Source: Ruminococcus albus 7 = DSM 20455 | Lineage (GTDB): Bacteria; Bacillota; Clostridia; Oscillospirales; Ruminococcaceae | DNA length: 32,000 nucleotides | Direction: 5' to 3' | NCBI RefSeq assembly: GCF_000179635.2 | Contig: NC_014833.1 | Span: 180,001-212,000, forward strand | Shown: positions 1 through 8,744 of the stretch, one piece after another | Numbering within the stretch: the first letter of the stretch is position 1 | Layout: each line of letters opens with the position of its first letter | The notes under the pieces: generated by a model | Told to the model about the DNA's origin: nothing | The model's database searches: none | What the model saw: only the letters and a program-made list of their open reading frames with translations | Program-made: the position numbers and the translations under genes

Positions 1-1395
1 GCAAGCGGAACAAATGTATTAGATTCCAACACAGGTTATGTTGTCAGCGGTGCGAATTATCCGGGCAATGATCCGCCCGGTGATATACGTGTATCAAGAT
101 ATGACCGTAATCCGTATATCAGTAATTCTCTGACAAACGGATCTCTTGACAGCAGCAAGATATTTACTATCGGCCTGAACGGTCAGCAGCAGACCCTGCG
201 GCAGTACGGTACTGACAGATTCTACAAGTACCATACTGCAAGATCACAGCTGCAGGAAACGCTGGATGCTGGTGAAGGAAGCGTGTATGGTCTGCATTTC
301 ATGGATGCTGAGATCAGCAAAGATCATCTGGTAACACTTCCCACGGCAACGTTAAACGGACAGACCTATACAAATTTCGCTGTTCCTGAGGATAGTATCG
401 ACTTTACGCTGCGCACGCAGGGATACATTAACTTCTTTGCAGGTACGTATTTCAGCGGCTCCAATGTACAGAGCTTCTTCTCTCTGCATCAGATCTTCCG
501 TAATGCACAGAATGAGATCACTGAGATCAAGGAGATCAAGGAGATATACAAGAATGCTGACGGAACATCATATACCTATCGGTATGACGGTGAAAGCGCA
601 CCGTCAAGCGGAACGAAGGTCTTCGATACTGCATGGTTGACCGATCCAAGCAATATTACAGCAAACAGAGTATACTATTTCGAGATACCTGTCAACGAAG
701 GCGAATACGCGCTGGGTTCAGTAGCGGGAAAGAATGGCGCATATTTACTGTATCTTGATATATCTACTCATCAAGGCGACTCCATACTCACACGTGAGAA
801 AATGGAGATCATATCTTCGACTTATCTGCTGCCTGCAGGTATAAGATTCAGTGATGATGAGTACAAGTCGTATATCATACCCATAACACAGACAGGTGAT
901 ACGGCGATCGTAAGCGAGAACGGCACCGTGACCTCTGTGCCCGAACTGGATGAAAACAGTACAGAGGAGACCAGACTCATCGAGACCGTTACAATTTCAG
1001 ACTACGCAGGAATGCTGGTCGTACAGCGTATTACAGAGGGCAGCACAGTGACCTACTATTACGGAACTGATACCGAACATCTGATACTATCCACAGCACT
1101 GGTATGCAGCGGATATTTCAGCGGTACCGAGCCCGATACCGAGCCCGATACAGTGATACTGCAGTACTACTATTATCCTGAGGGAACCAACACCGTTATG
1201 AATACCGCATCTGCAGAGTATGATATCGCAGATGATGTTACTGTAACTGCATACGATGTGACAGCTGCGGCAGACAGTGCTGCTGTTACAGCTTATGTAA
1301 CCGGATTTGACGGTGAAAAGTCTTATCTGACATTCCAAAGCCGAAATGGTCTTTCAGCAGGTGACAGTGTGATAATTACGGTGCGCTCTCCGTAA
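1..1395 (+). CDS. C-terminal part of a larger hypothetical (probably secreted or surface) protein; the 5' end lies outside the window
   Basis: Frame 1 is open from nt 1, with no stop before the listed ATG at 283, and ends at TAA 1393-1395. Composition is Thr/Ser/Tyr/Asn-rich. Short in-frame tandem repeats: EITEIKEIKEI (nt 514-549) and TEPDTEPDT (nt 1126-1151). No family recognised by eye. Confidence 0.6.
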   Translation, partial: ASGTNVLDSNTGYVVSGANYPGNDPPGDIRVSRYDRNPYISNSLTNGSLDSSKIFTIGLNGQQQTLRQYGTDRFYKYHTARSQLQETLDAGEGSVYGLHFMDAEISKDHLVTLPTATLNGQTYTNFAVPEDSIDFTLRTQGYINFFAGTYFSGSNVQSFFSLHQIFRNAQNEITEIKEIKEIYKNADGTSYTYRYDGESAPSSGTKVFDTAWLTDPSNITANRVYYFEIPVNEGEYALGSVAGKNGAYLLYLDISTHQGDSILTREKMEIISSTYLLPAGIRFSDDEYKSYIIPITQTGDTAIVSENGTVTSVPELDENSTEETRLIETVTISDYAGMLVVQRITEGSTVTYYYGTDTEHLILSTALVCSGYFSGTEPDTEPDTVILQYYYYPEGTNTVMNTASAEYDIADDVTVTAYDVTAAADSAAVTAYVTGFDGEKSYLTFQSRNGLSAGDSVIITVRSP

Positions 1396-1514
1396 ACCAA
1401 AGCTGCCGCTTACACGGTAAAAATAAAGCCTCGACAGCATATATGCGATGCTGATACAGAAGGTTTTCACCATAGTATTTCTGATGTCCGGTCAGAAGTA
1501 CTATGGCGTTTCTG

Positions 1515-1543
1515 TTGACATGGCAGTAATACTGTGATATAAT
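1515..1543 (+). promoter_or_regulatory. sigma-A type promoter for dcd
   Basis: TTGACA (1515-1520), exact 17-nt spacer ending in TGa (extended -10), TATAAT (1538-1543). It lies 45 nt upstream of the dcd ATG; RBS GAGAGGGG at 1571-1578. Confidence 0.55.
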
Positions 1544-1587
1544 GTATGCAAATACAAATCGGATCCGCATAGAGAGGGGCTATAAAA

Positions 1588-2124
1588 ATGATATTATCAG
1601 ATAAGACGATTATCAAAATGCTTGATGAAAACTCATTGGTTATCAAGCCGGTCACAAAAGAGCAAATACAACCCGCAAGTGTGGATATACGGTTAGGTGA
1701 TACATTCAGCGTTGTTGATGACACACCGTCGGGAATAATTACTCTTGACAATAAGATAGAATATAAGACTATTAAAACTGACACCTACTTGATCTTACCC
1801 GGACAATTCGTTTTAGCAACAACCATGGAGTATTTTGAACTCCCGGATAACCTGACGGCATTTGTTGAAGGCAGAAGTTCTCTTGGCAGAATGGGATTGT
1901 TTATTCAAAATGCAGGATGGGTAGATCCCGGATTCAAAGGTGAGATAACATTAGAACTATATAATGCTAACAGATGTGCTATAGAACTTAAATGCGGCCG
2001 TAGAGTAGGTCAGCTGGTATTTGCTGAAATGGACGATCATGCACTGAATCCATACAGCGGAAAGTATCAGGGACAAACAGGTGCAACAGGTTCAAAAGTG
2101 TTTATGGATCCCGATAAATTCTGA
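1588..2124 (+). CDS. dcd: dCTP deaminase
   Basis: 178 aa. The N-terminus MILSDKTIIKML, SVDIRLG, and the GRSSLGRMGL...NAGWVDPGFKGEITLEL block are typical of the Dcd/dUTPase-fold dCTP deaminases. Confidence 0.95.
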   Translation: MILSDKTIIKMLDENSLVIKPVTKEQIQPASVDIRLGDTFSVVDDTPSGIITLDNKIEYKTIKTDTYLILPGQFVLATTMEYFELPDNLTAFVEGRSSLGRMGLFIQNAGWVDPGFKGEITLELYNANRCAIELKCGRRVGQLVFAEMDDHALNPYSGKYQGQTGATGSKVFMDPDKF

Positions 2125-2143
2125 GCAATATGATCAATACAAT

Positions 2144-2173
2144 GCCCCGAAGCGCTTCAATGCGCTTCGGGGC
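2144..2173. terminator. Perfect 12-bp stem / 6-nt loop hairpin between the convergent dcd and minus-strand genes (likely bidirectional terminator)
   Basis: GCCCCGAAGCGC ttcaat GCGCTTCGGGGC, 20 nt after the dcd stop. The minus-strand reading is followed by ATTGTATTG. A related copy sits at 31885-31918. Confidence 0.6.
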
Positions 2174-2237
2174 AAAACTTATGTGTTGGGTGACCGCCTT
2201 ATCCTGTGAAGGCGGTAAAAAAAGTCGGTTGGGATTC

Positions 2238-2417
2238 TTACAGAGTGAGTACCGTTATCGCTGTGAATATCAGCAGTATGGCAGCGAAGATCAGTATTAT
2301 GCACAGCCTTTGAAGACGTTTTTTCTTTTCCTGCCGTTGACGTTTCAAAGATTCCAGCTGCGCTGCTGCGTGCTCCTCTGCTTTTTTCATAATATCATCT
2401 GTGATGCGGCTGTCCAT
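2238..2417 (-). CDS. Possible small tail-anchored membrane protein (59 aa)
   Basis: GAGGTG RBS 6 nt before the ATG at 2417. The listed ORF starts at an upstream GTG at 2426. Charged helical N-terminal half (KKAEEHAAAQLESLKRQRQEKKKR) followed by one hydrophobic C-terminal helix (LCIILIFAAILLIFTAITVLTL). It sits directly downstream of the dockerin gene. No family recognised. Confidence 0.35.
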   Translation of the reverse strand: MDSRITDDIMKKAEEHAAAQLESLKRQRQEKKKRLQRLCIILIFAAILLIFTAITVLTL

Positions 2418-2455
2418 GATCTTCACCTCGTTTCAATGTCGTAAAGAAAGTGCGG

Positions 2456-3877
2456 TCAGACGATCGCCTTCTTGCCTTTGATATGTGCGGCTATTATAGA
2501 TATATCAGTAATTGTGATCTTTCCGTCACCGCTGATATCTGCTCTGCTTTCCTGATCTTCATTCAGTGATCTTTTTCCTTTAACATAAGCTGCAGCAAGG
2601 GAAAGATCGGTAACATTTATTATACCGTCACCGTTTATGTCGCCTTTAACTTTGAGCCTTTCTATAGCTACCATTTTGGCGGCTTTGGATCCGCCGTCAT
2701 AAATGGTATTGTTTCCGACAGTATATGGAGAAGGGAAGGATAAATTTCCGTCATATATATTGAAGCTGTCGGGGGCAAAAGCGAATGCCTGTTCGGAGCC
2801 TGCTGCAAGTACATCAGAATTGTAAATATCTATACTGCCTGTTGTAGTCCCTATCCCCACATGACCCAATGCCATAAGACGGGTATTATCTATGGTGAGT
2901 TTACAGTTATGGTTTGCTATGGCTGTTATGCTGTTTCCGGAACTTGTTCCCGTACCCGTGATAAAGACGCCTTTGCCGGTTATGACAGTATCTTCATGCA
3001 GGACGGTATATCCGGGTATTTCGGAATCCTCGGTCACGTTTATAATAAGACCTTTCTCACTGCTGTATATCAGCTCTTGGTCCATGGGGTGATCGAAGCT
3101 TCCCGATATAGTCAGCATCTTTTGGACGGGATCATAGCTGAATATACCGTTATCCAGTATATCATGGCAGTTATCTGCATTGACCTTGTTCTCGTCTATC
3201 CAGAGGTCGTATGAGGGTATCATACGTACATCTTTTGCGTAGGTGGTCATATCGGCTTCGTATATGCCGCCCTCTCCCCAGAAGCAGTAGGCGGGTTTTG
3301 TGATATCACAGCGGAATATTGATACGGTATTTAGATCGCATATCGCAGCTTCTTTACCGTGGGCATTTATGTATGATCCGCTTATATAAATATCCTGAGT
3401 GCCCCTGATGCTGCCCGAGATCGCGTTGCAGCCGCTGATATCAAGGTCGGCATCCATTATGGTAAGGCGGGTGCCGCCGTACAGGGTTATGGCATTTAAT
3501 GAATCTGAGGTGCTGAGTGACAGCTTGCCCGTACCTGTTATCGTGGTGTCTTTATAAAAATAAAAGTATCCCTTCAACTCGGAATCTCCGATAACGTTTA
3601 CGGTAAGATCTTCAATATTGCTTGATATCAGTTCAGCACTCTCGTAGCCGTAATTGCCATTGATAGTAAGCGTGCTTGTTTCGGGTTCATAGCTGAATAC
3701 TCCGTTGCCTAGTATATCTTTGCAGTTTGAAGTTTCTACTCTTTCTTTGCCAACATAAATATCATACACTTCTCCGGCGCTAGCTTTCAGTGTCCCTGCG
3801 GGAAAACCCGATAATACGGCTGCTGAAACGAAAAGGACTGCAGATGCTGATACGATGCGTTTTATCAGATCTTTCAT
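2456..3877 (-). CDS. Secreted dockerin-containing (cellulosomal) protein with two copies of an unknown ~185-aa module
   Basis: Signal peptide MKDLIKRIVSASAVLFVSAAVLSGFPAGTLKASA. C-terminal type-I dockerin with two Ca-binding repeats, DINGDGIINVTD and DISGDGKITITD (nt 2459-2644). Internal duplication: aa 38-220 versus aa 223-405 (YDIYVGKERVETSNCKDILGNGVFSYEPETSTLTINGN versus YDLWIDENKVNADNCHDILDNGIFSYDPVQKMLTISGS). Confidence 0.9.
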   Translation of the reverse strand: MKDLIKRIVSASAVLFVSAAVLSGFPAGTLKASAGEVYDIYVGKERVETSNCKDILGNGVFSYEPETSTLTINGNYGYESAELISSNIEDLTVNVIGDSELKGYFYFYKDTTITGTGKLSLSTSDSLNAITLYGGTRLTIMDADLDISGCNAISGSIRGTQDIYISGSYINAHGKEAAICDLNTVSIFRCDITKPAYCFWGEGGIYEADMTTYAKDVRMIPSYDLWIDENKVNADNCHDILDNGIFSYDPVQKMLTISGSFDHPMDQELIYSSEKGLIINVTEDSEIPGYTVLHEDTVITGKGVFITGTGTSSGNSITAIANHNCKLTIDNTRLMALGHVGIGTTTGSIDIYNSDVLAAGSEQAFAFAPDSFNIYDGNLSFPSPYTVGNNTIYDGGSKAAKMVAIERLKVKGDINGDGIINVTDLSLAAAYVKGKRSLNEDQESRADISGDGKITITDISIIAAHIKGKKAIV

Positions 3878-3984
3878 ATTATGCTCCTCCTTATCTATCA
3901 GTCGATATATAAGATCTGCGATTTACTATAACGTTTACGATGAGATCAGTGCATTATATACCACATATATTATAGCGTATGAAC

Positions 3985-4013
3985 ATCTTAACATATTCTC
4001 GACTAAATGTCAA
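3985..4013 (-). promoter_or_regulatory. Candidate promoter of the dockerin gene
   Basis: On the minus strand: TTGACA (4013-4008), 17-nt spacer ending in TGT, TAAGAT (3990-3985). This gives a leader of about 100 nt to the start codon at 3877. Confidence 0.4.
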
Positions 4014-4166
4014 TAATATTTGTGCGATTTATTTCTAAAGTCGGAAATTTTATATTAAATTGATTCAAGTAATATCGTCAGAGAAAATTCTTAACAATTT
4101 TGTCGAAAATTTGGCAATGTATATGAAGCCTGAGCTGATATTTTACAAATATCGAACTAATGTTTT

Positions 4167-4180
4167 CGTAAACGTTTACG
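4167..4180. promoter_or_regulatory. Perfect 14-bp palindrome resembling a LacI/GalR-family (cre-like) operator
   Basis: CGTAAACGTTTACG lies in the divergent intergenic region. The half-site AACGTTTACG recurs at 3931-3940, and an AAAACGTTTT core recurs at 4307-4316. Confidence 0.4.
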
Positions 4181-4249
4181 TTTCGTTGTTAACTTGTTCA
4201 AAACAGTTGGGGAGAAATTATAAAAAAGTGCAAATTTATGTAAAAACAC

Positions 4250-4278
4250 TTGAATAATCATAGCAAGTGTGTTATAAT
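4250..4278 (+). promoter_or_regulatory. sigma-A type promoter for the epimerase/lipoprotein/cellobiose phosphorylase genes
   Basis: TTGAAT (4250-4255), 17-nt spacer ending in TGt, TATAAT (4273-4278). Confidence 0.55.
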
Positions 4279-4292
4279 GTATGCTATATAAG

Positions 4293-4321
4293 GTCAGAGA
4301 ACATAAAAAACGTTTTCTGAC
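4293..4321 (+). promoter_or_regulatory. Inverted repeat in the 5' leader (operator or RNA hairpin)
   Basis: GTCAGAGAAC ataaaaaac GTTTTCTGAC forms a 10-bp stem with one G-U pair. It lies about +8 to +36 relative to the predicted start site and contains the AAAACGTTTT palindrome. No U-tract follows, so it is not a terminator. Confidence 0.35.
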
Positions 4322-4342
4322 AAAAAGTGAGGAGAGTAAGAA

Positions 4343-5347
4343 GTGAATAGGATAGACTTGAATTATACGTTCAAGGGCAAGGACTGCGTAAAGATGCAGT
4401 CGGGGAAATATACTGCAATAATCGCTCCGTCTGTCGGATCTTCGGTGTTGAGATTCAGAGATGACGAAAACGATTTGGAAATATTCAAATTCCGTAAATT
4501 CATACCTATGAAGACTATTGAGGAACAGCGCGAGATATGGGGTCTTCCGACGCTTTATCTGCCTAACCGCTTTGATAAGGGCGTGCTCAGGACTTCCGAT
4601 TCTGTGTATGAACTGCCGATAAATGAGCCGCTTCTGGATAATTTCATCCACGGCTGGGTACACAAGCGCGAGCATGAGATAGAATGCTATACCGAAGAGA
4701 ACGGCAAATGCGTACTGATAACCTCATACGTTTTCGATGAAAAGGACGAGATGTACAAGTACTTCCCGCTGGATTTCAAGATATCCTATACCTTCACCCT
4801 CTCTCCTGACGGGCTGAAACAGGAGATATATCTGACCTCCAATGCGGAAAAGGCACTGCCTGTTTCTATATGCACCCACACCTGTATAAACGCTCCGCTC
4901 AAAGACGGCGGGGATGAAGCTGATCTGAGGCTTTGCGTACCCATTGGTGAAAGGTGCGAACTCAACAGAAGATGTCTTCCTACTGAGAAACTGCTGCCTC
5001 TGGCAGACTGGGACAAGGAATACAAGGACGGACAGAAGGTGCCTGTTGGTCAGCCGCTTGATAACGATATGTATACCGCGGTAATGAACGAATACAATGG
5101 CAAGCCCTTTAACGGCGTTATTGTAAGGGATCTGAAGAGCGGTCATACACTTCTCAACGAGGTGTCCAAGGAATTCAGGTTCTGGAATATGTGGAACGAC
5201 AGCGGTGATAAGGGATATTTCTGCCCTGAGCCCATGACCGCGATGATAAATTCAGCTAACCTGTCGCTGGGTGCTGATGTGACAGGCTACTGTGAGCTGA
5301 AAAAGGGCGAAACATATAAATGCTGGCAGAGGTTCTACACCGAGTAA
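4343..5347 (+). CDS. Aldose 1-epimerase (galactose mutarotase-like) family protein
   Basis: 334 aa. GTG start with a GAGGAGAG RBS 6 nt upstream. The overall pattern (N-terminal ...SVGSSVLRFRD..., HGW.H..., C-terminal CPEPMT... motif) matches the aldose-epimerase superfamily by eye. Confidence 0.75.
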   Translation: MNRIDLNYTFKGKDCVKMQSGKYTAIIAPSVGSSVLRFRDDENDLEIFKFRKFIPMKTIEEQREIWGLPTLYLPNRFDKGVLRTSDSVYELPINEPLLDNFIHGWVHKREHEIECYTEENGKCVLITSYVFDEKDEMYKYFPLDFKISYTFTLSPDGLKQEIYLTSNAEKALPVSICTHTCINAPLKDGGDEADLRLCVPIGERCELNRRCLPTEKLLPLADWDKEYKDGQKVPVGQPLDNDMYTAVMNEYNGKPFNGVIVRDLKSGHTLLNEVSKEFRFWNMWNDSGDKGYFCPEPMTAMINSANLSLGADVTGYCELKKGETYKCWQRFYTE

Positions 5348-6099
5348 AAAAGCTTTTCACAGCTGCGGCTGCAGCGGTCTTTGCGCTGACGGCATCAGGT
5401 TGTGAGTGGGACGATGCGGAGATACCCGATGCAGAGTCCGCGGCAGATAAAGTCACCTCGGATGATGAGATACTTACCGAGGAGGAAATATTACTGCCTG
5501 AAGATCCACCCGAGATAACGTCGGCTAAGGAAGTATTTGAGAAATGGCTGGGATATCTTGCGGAGGGTGAGTGTGATAAAGCTGATGAGATGATTACCGA
5601 AAGGCTTAGATCGCAGCCTTCGCTTTCAAGGCTGTTCAATGAGTATTTTCCCGGAAAAGCATCGGTGGGTTACTTTGCACCTGCCACTTTATCCGAAAAT
5701 GACGGTGAGATCACCGTAGTGCTCAGAGCTGCCGTATCATCCGAGATCCTGCCGGAGTGTAAGGTCAATGCGGAGGTATCCGTCAGGATACAGGCGGACG
5801 GAAACGCAGCGATAGATCAGCTTCGCGAGATAGGCAGCAGCTCATCTGATGTAAGGATGTTATACCGCAAAGCATATATAGCTTATCAAGCGGCGGCAGA
5901 GATATTTGACGATATCGATCCTGTGCCTTACGGGGGTATGCACCATATAGGTGACGGTTCGGAACTGACGGAGACCGTCAGAGAAAAAACCGTTCCTTCC
6001 GATACTGAAAGCTTCAGCATCGCGGTGCGGGACAAAAAACTGATGTATGTCAGCTGGAGCAACGGGGCTTATACCATGAGATACCCGAAAGCTCAGTGA
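5320..6099 (+). CDS. Putative lipoprotein, unknown function
   Basis: The signal-like N-terminus KKLFTAAAAAVFALTASGC ends in a lipobox-like ASG|C, followed by an acidic linker. The mature part begins with a KEVFEKWLGYLAEGECDKADEMI pattern common in small NTF2-like lipoproteins. The ATG overlaps the epimerase 3' end by 28 nt, and there is no alternative in-frame ATG/GTG/TTG. Confidence 0.65.
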   Translation: MLAEVLHRVKKLFTAAAAAVFALTASGCEWDDAEIPDAESAADKVTSDDEILTEEEILLPEDPPEITSAKEVFEKWLGYLAEGECDKADEMITERLRSQPSLSRLFNEYFPGKASVGYFAPATLSENDGEITVVLRAAVSSEILPECKVNAEVSVRIQADGNAAIDQLREIGSSSSDVRMLYRKAYIAYQAAAEIFDDIDPVPYGGMHHIGDGSELTETVREKTVPSDTESFSIAVRDKKLMYVSWSNGAYTMRYPKAQ

Positions 6100-6178
6100 T
6101 GAAAAATGATATCATAGGATCTGTCCCCGTGAAGGGGCGGTGACTTAGTATAAAAATAATGGAAAGGTGGAAATACCA

Positions 6179-8662
6179 ATGAAATTCGGAAAATTTGACG
6201 ACGTGAACAAGGAATACGTCATCACCGAACCAAGAACTCCTTACCCTTGGATAAACTATCTGGGCTCTCAGGCGTTCTTCTCCCTCATATCCAACACAGC
6301 AGGCGGTTACAGCTTCTACAAGGACGCAAGACTGAGAAGGATCACACGTTACCGTTACAACAACGTGCCTATCGATATGGGCGGAAGATATTTCTATATC
6401 AATGATAACGGTACTGTATGGAATCCCGGCTGGTCACCTGTAAAGACCGAGCTTGATGCGTATACCTGCCGTCACGGTATGGGATATACCATAATCAAGG
6501 GTGAAAAGAACGGTCTGGAGGCTGAAGCTACATTCTTCGTACCTAACAACTACAACGGAGAGGTACAGCAGGTTGTCCTCACCAACAAGAGCGGCGCAGC
6601 AAAGACATTCAAACTGTTCTCTTTCGCAGAGTGGTGTCTGTGGGATGCACAGGATGACTGCACAAACTTCCAGAGAAACTTCTCTACAGGCCGTGTTGAA
6701 GTAGACGGCTCTGTTATATACCACAAGACCGAGTACAGAGACAGACGTGACCACTACGCTTTCTACTCTGTTAACGACAGCATCGACGGCTACGATACAG
6801 ACAGAGATGCTTTCATTGGTCTGTACAACGGTTTTGGTGATCCTCAGGCTGTTATTGCAGGAAAGGCAACTGATTCCTTCGCTGACGGCTGGTCACCTAT
6901 CGCTTCACACTACAAGGAGATCACCCTTGCAGCAGGCGAGAGCAAGACACTTATCTTCATCCTCGGCTATGTTGAGATGCCTGTTGACCAGAAGTTTGAG
7001 GCTGACGGCAAGACCATCAACAAAGTAAAGGCAAAGGCTATGATCGAGCAGTTCAATACTCCCGAAAAGGTCGCTGCAGGTCTTGCAGAACTCAAGGAGT
7101 CATGGGACAAGCTGCTGGGCATACTCAACGTTGCTACTCCCGATGATAAGGTTGACCGTATGGTAAATATCTGGAACCAGTATCAGTGTATGGTTACATT
7201 CAACCTGTCACGTTCTGCTTCCTACTTTGAGTCAGGTATCGGCAGAGGCATGGGCTTCCGTGATTCCAACCAGGACGTTCTTGGCTTCGTTCACCAGATA
7301 CCCGACAGAGCAAGAGAGCGTATCATAGATATCGCTTCCACTCAGCTCCCCGACGGCGGCTGCTATCACCAGTATCAGCCACTCACCAAGAAGGGTAACT
7401 CCGATATCGGCGGCGACTTCTCCGATGACCCGCTGTGGATGATCCTGTCCGTTTCCGCATACATCAAGGAAACAGGCGACTGGGGCATTCTGGATGAGAT
7501 GGTTCCTTACGATAATGATGAGTCCAAGGCTCAGCCTATGCTGGATCACCTGAAGGTATCCTTCTATCACATCGTAAACAACCTCGGTCCTCACGGTCTG
7601 CCTCTGGCTATGCGTGCTGACTGGAACGACTGCATCAACCTGTCATGCTACTCCGATACTCCAGGTGAGAGCTTCCAGACTTACACCAATCCTAAGTTCG
7701 CTGCTGAGGGCGGCTACTCCAAGGTAGCTGAGTCCGTAATGGTTGCTACACTGTTCACCTACACAGGTCCTAACTACGTTGCTATCCTGAAGCATCTCGG
7801 CAAGGATGACGAAGCTGCTGCTGCACAGGCTGAGATCGACAAGATGAAGAAGAACGTTATGGAATCTGCATGGGACGGCAACTGGTTCCTCAGAGCTTAT
7901 GACGCTAACGGCGAGAAGATGGGCTCCAAGGAGTGCGAAGAGGGTCAGATATTCATCGAGCCTCAGGGCTTTGCTATCATGTCCGAGATCGGCAAGGAGC
8001 AGGGTGCTGACAAGAAGACTCTTGCTGCTATAGATGAAAGACTCAACACCAAGTTCGGTCTGGTACTGAACAACCCTGCATTCACAAAGTACTACATCCA
8101 GTACGGTGAGATCTCCACATATCCCGGCGGATACAAGGAGAACGCAGGTATCTTCACACACAACAATGCATGGATAATCTGTGCTGCTGCTTATGCAGGT
8201 GAGGGTGATCAGGCATTCAAGTACTATTCCGAGATCGCTCCTGCATTTACTGAGGATACTTCCGATATCCACAAGACCGAGCCTTATGTATACGGTCAGA
8301 TGATCGGCGGTAAGGACGCAGGTGCTGATATCGGCAGACCCGGCAAGAACTTCGGTCAGGGCAAGAACTCATGGCTGACAGGTACAGCTGCATGGAATAT
8401 GGTAGCTATCTCCCAGTACATCCTGGGTGTACAGCCTGACTTCGATGGTCTGAAGATCGATCCTTCCATTCCTTCTGCTTGGGACGGCTTCAACATCACA
8501 AGAAAGTTCCGCGGCAACACCTACAACATCACCGTTAAGAACCCCGATCACGTATGCAAGGGCATCAAGGCGGTAACTGTTGACGGTACCAAGATCAACG
8601 GCAACGTAATGCCTGTATTTGAGGCTGGTTCTACTCACGAAGTTGAAGTAGTAATGGGCTGA
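6179..8662 (+). CDS. cbpA: Cellobiose phosphorylase (GH94)
   Basis: The N-terminus [29 protein letters not shown]...[38 protein letters not shown] is nearly the canonical clostridial CBP N-terminus. The catalytic-region motif RADWND lies at nt 7613-7630. A length of about 827 aa fits cellobiose rather than cellodextrin phosphorylase. I prefer the ATG at 6179 (RBS GGAAAGGTGG at 6161-6170) over the listed GTG at 6167. Confidence 0.95.
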   Translation: MKFGKFDDVNKEYVITEPRTPYPWINYLGSQAFFSLISNTAGGYSFYKDARLRRITRYRYNNVPIDMGGRYFYINDNGTVWNPGWSPVKTELDAYTCRHGMGYTIIKGEKNGLEAEATFFVPNNYNGEVQQVVLTNKSGAAKTFKLFSFAEWCLWDAQDDCTNFQRNFSTGRVEVDGSVIYHKTEYRDRRDHYAFYSVNDSIDGYDTDRDAFIGLYNGFGDPQAVIAGKATDSFADGWSPIASHYKEITLAAGESKTLIFILGYVEMPVDQKFEADGKTINKVKAKAMIEQFNTPEKVAAGLAELKESWDKLLGILNVATPDDKVDRMVNIWNQYQCMVTFNLSRSASYFESGIGRGMGFRDSNQDVLGFVHQIPDRARERIIDIASTQLPDGGCYHQYQPLTKKGNSDIGGDFSDDPLWMILSVSAYIKETGDWGILDEMVPYDNDESKAQPMLDHLKVSFYHIVNNLGPHGLPLAMRADWNDCINLSCYSDTPGESFQTYTNPKFAAEGGYSKVAESVMVATLFTYTGPNYVAILKHLGKDDEAAAAQAEIDKMKKNVMESAWDGNWFLRAYDANGEKMGSKECEEGQIFIEPQGFAIMSEIGKEQGADKKTLAAIDERLNTKFGLVLNNPAFTKYYIQYGEISTYPGGYKENAGIFTHNNAWIICAAAYAGEGDQAFKYYSEIAPAFTEDTSDIHKTEPYVYGQMIGGKDAGADIGRPGKNFGQGKNSWLTGTAAWNMVAISQYILGVQPDFDGLKIDPSIPSAWDGFNITRKFRGNTYNITVKNPDHVCKGIKAVTVDGTKINGNVMPVFEAGSTHEVEVVMG

Positions 8663-8681
8663 TACCAATAAGTATAATAAA

Positions 8682-8711
8682 AGAGCGGTCGGTGCTGACC
8701 GCTCTTTTTTG
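8682..8711 (+). terminator. Rho-independent terminator of cbpA
   Basis: AGAGCGGTC ggtgct GACCGCTCT followed by TTTTTT. Confidence 0.85.
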
Positions 8712-8744
8712 TATACTGTTGTATGGATGTATCATGCAAACGCA

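Noticed and set aside
2130-2444. 104-aa plus-strand ORF downstream of dcd.
   Set aside because: It runs straight through the 12-bp terminator hairpin and is antisense to the better-supported small minus-strand ORF. It has no RBS.
4060-4675. ORFs 4060-4257 (+) and 4157-4675 (-) in and around the dockerin/epimerase intergenic region.
   Set aside because: They lie in AT-rich promoter and operator DNA, or antisense to the 5' end of the epimerase gene. They have no RBS and an implausible Lys/Ile/Phe/Tyr-rich composition.
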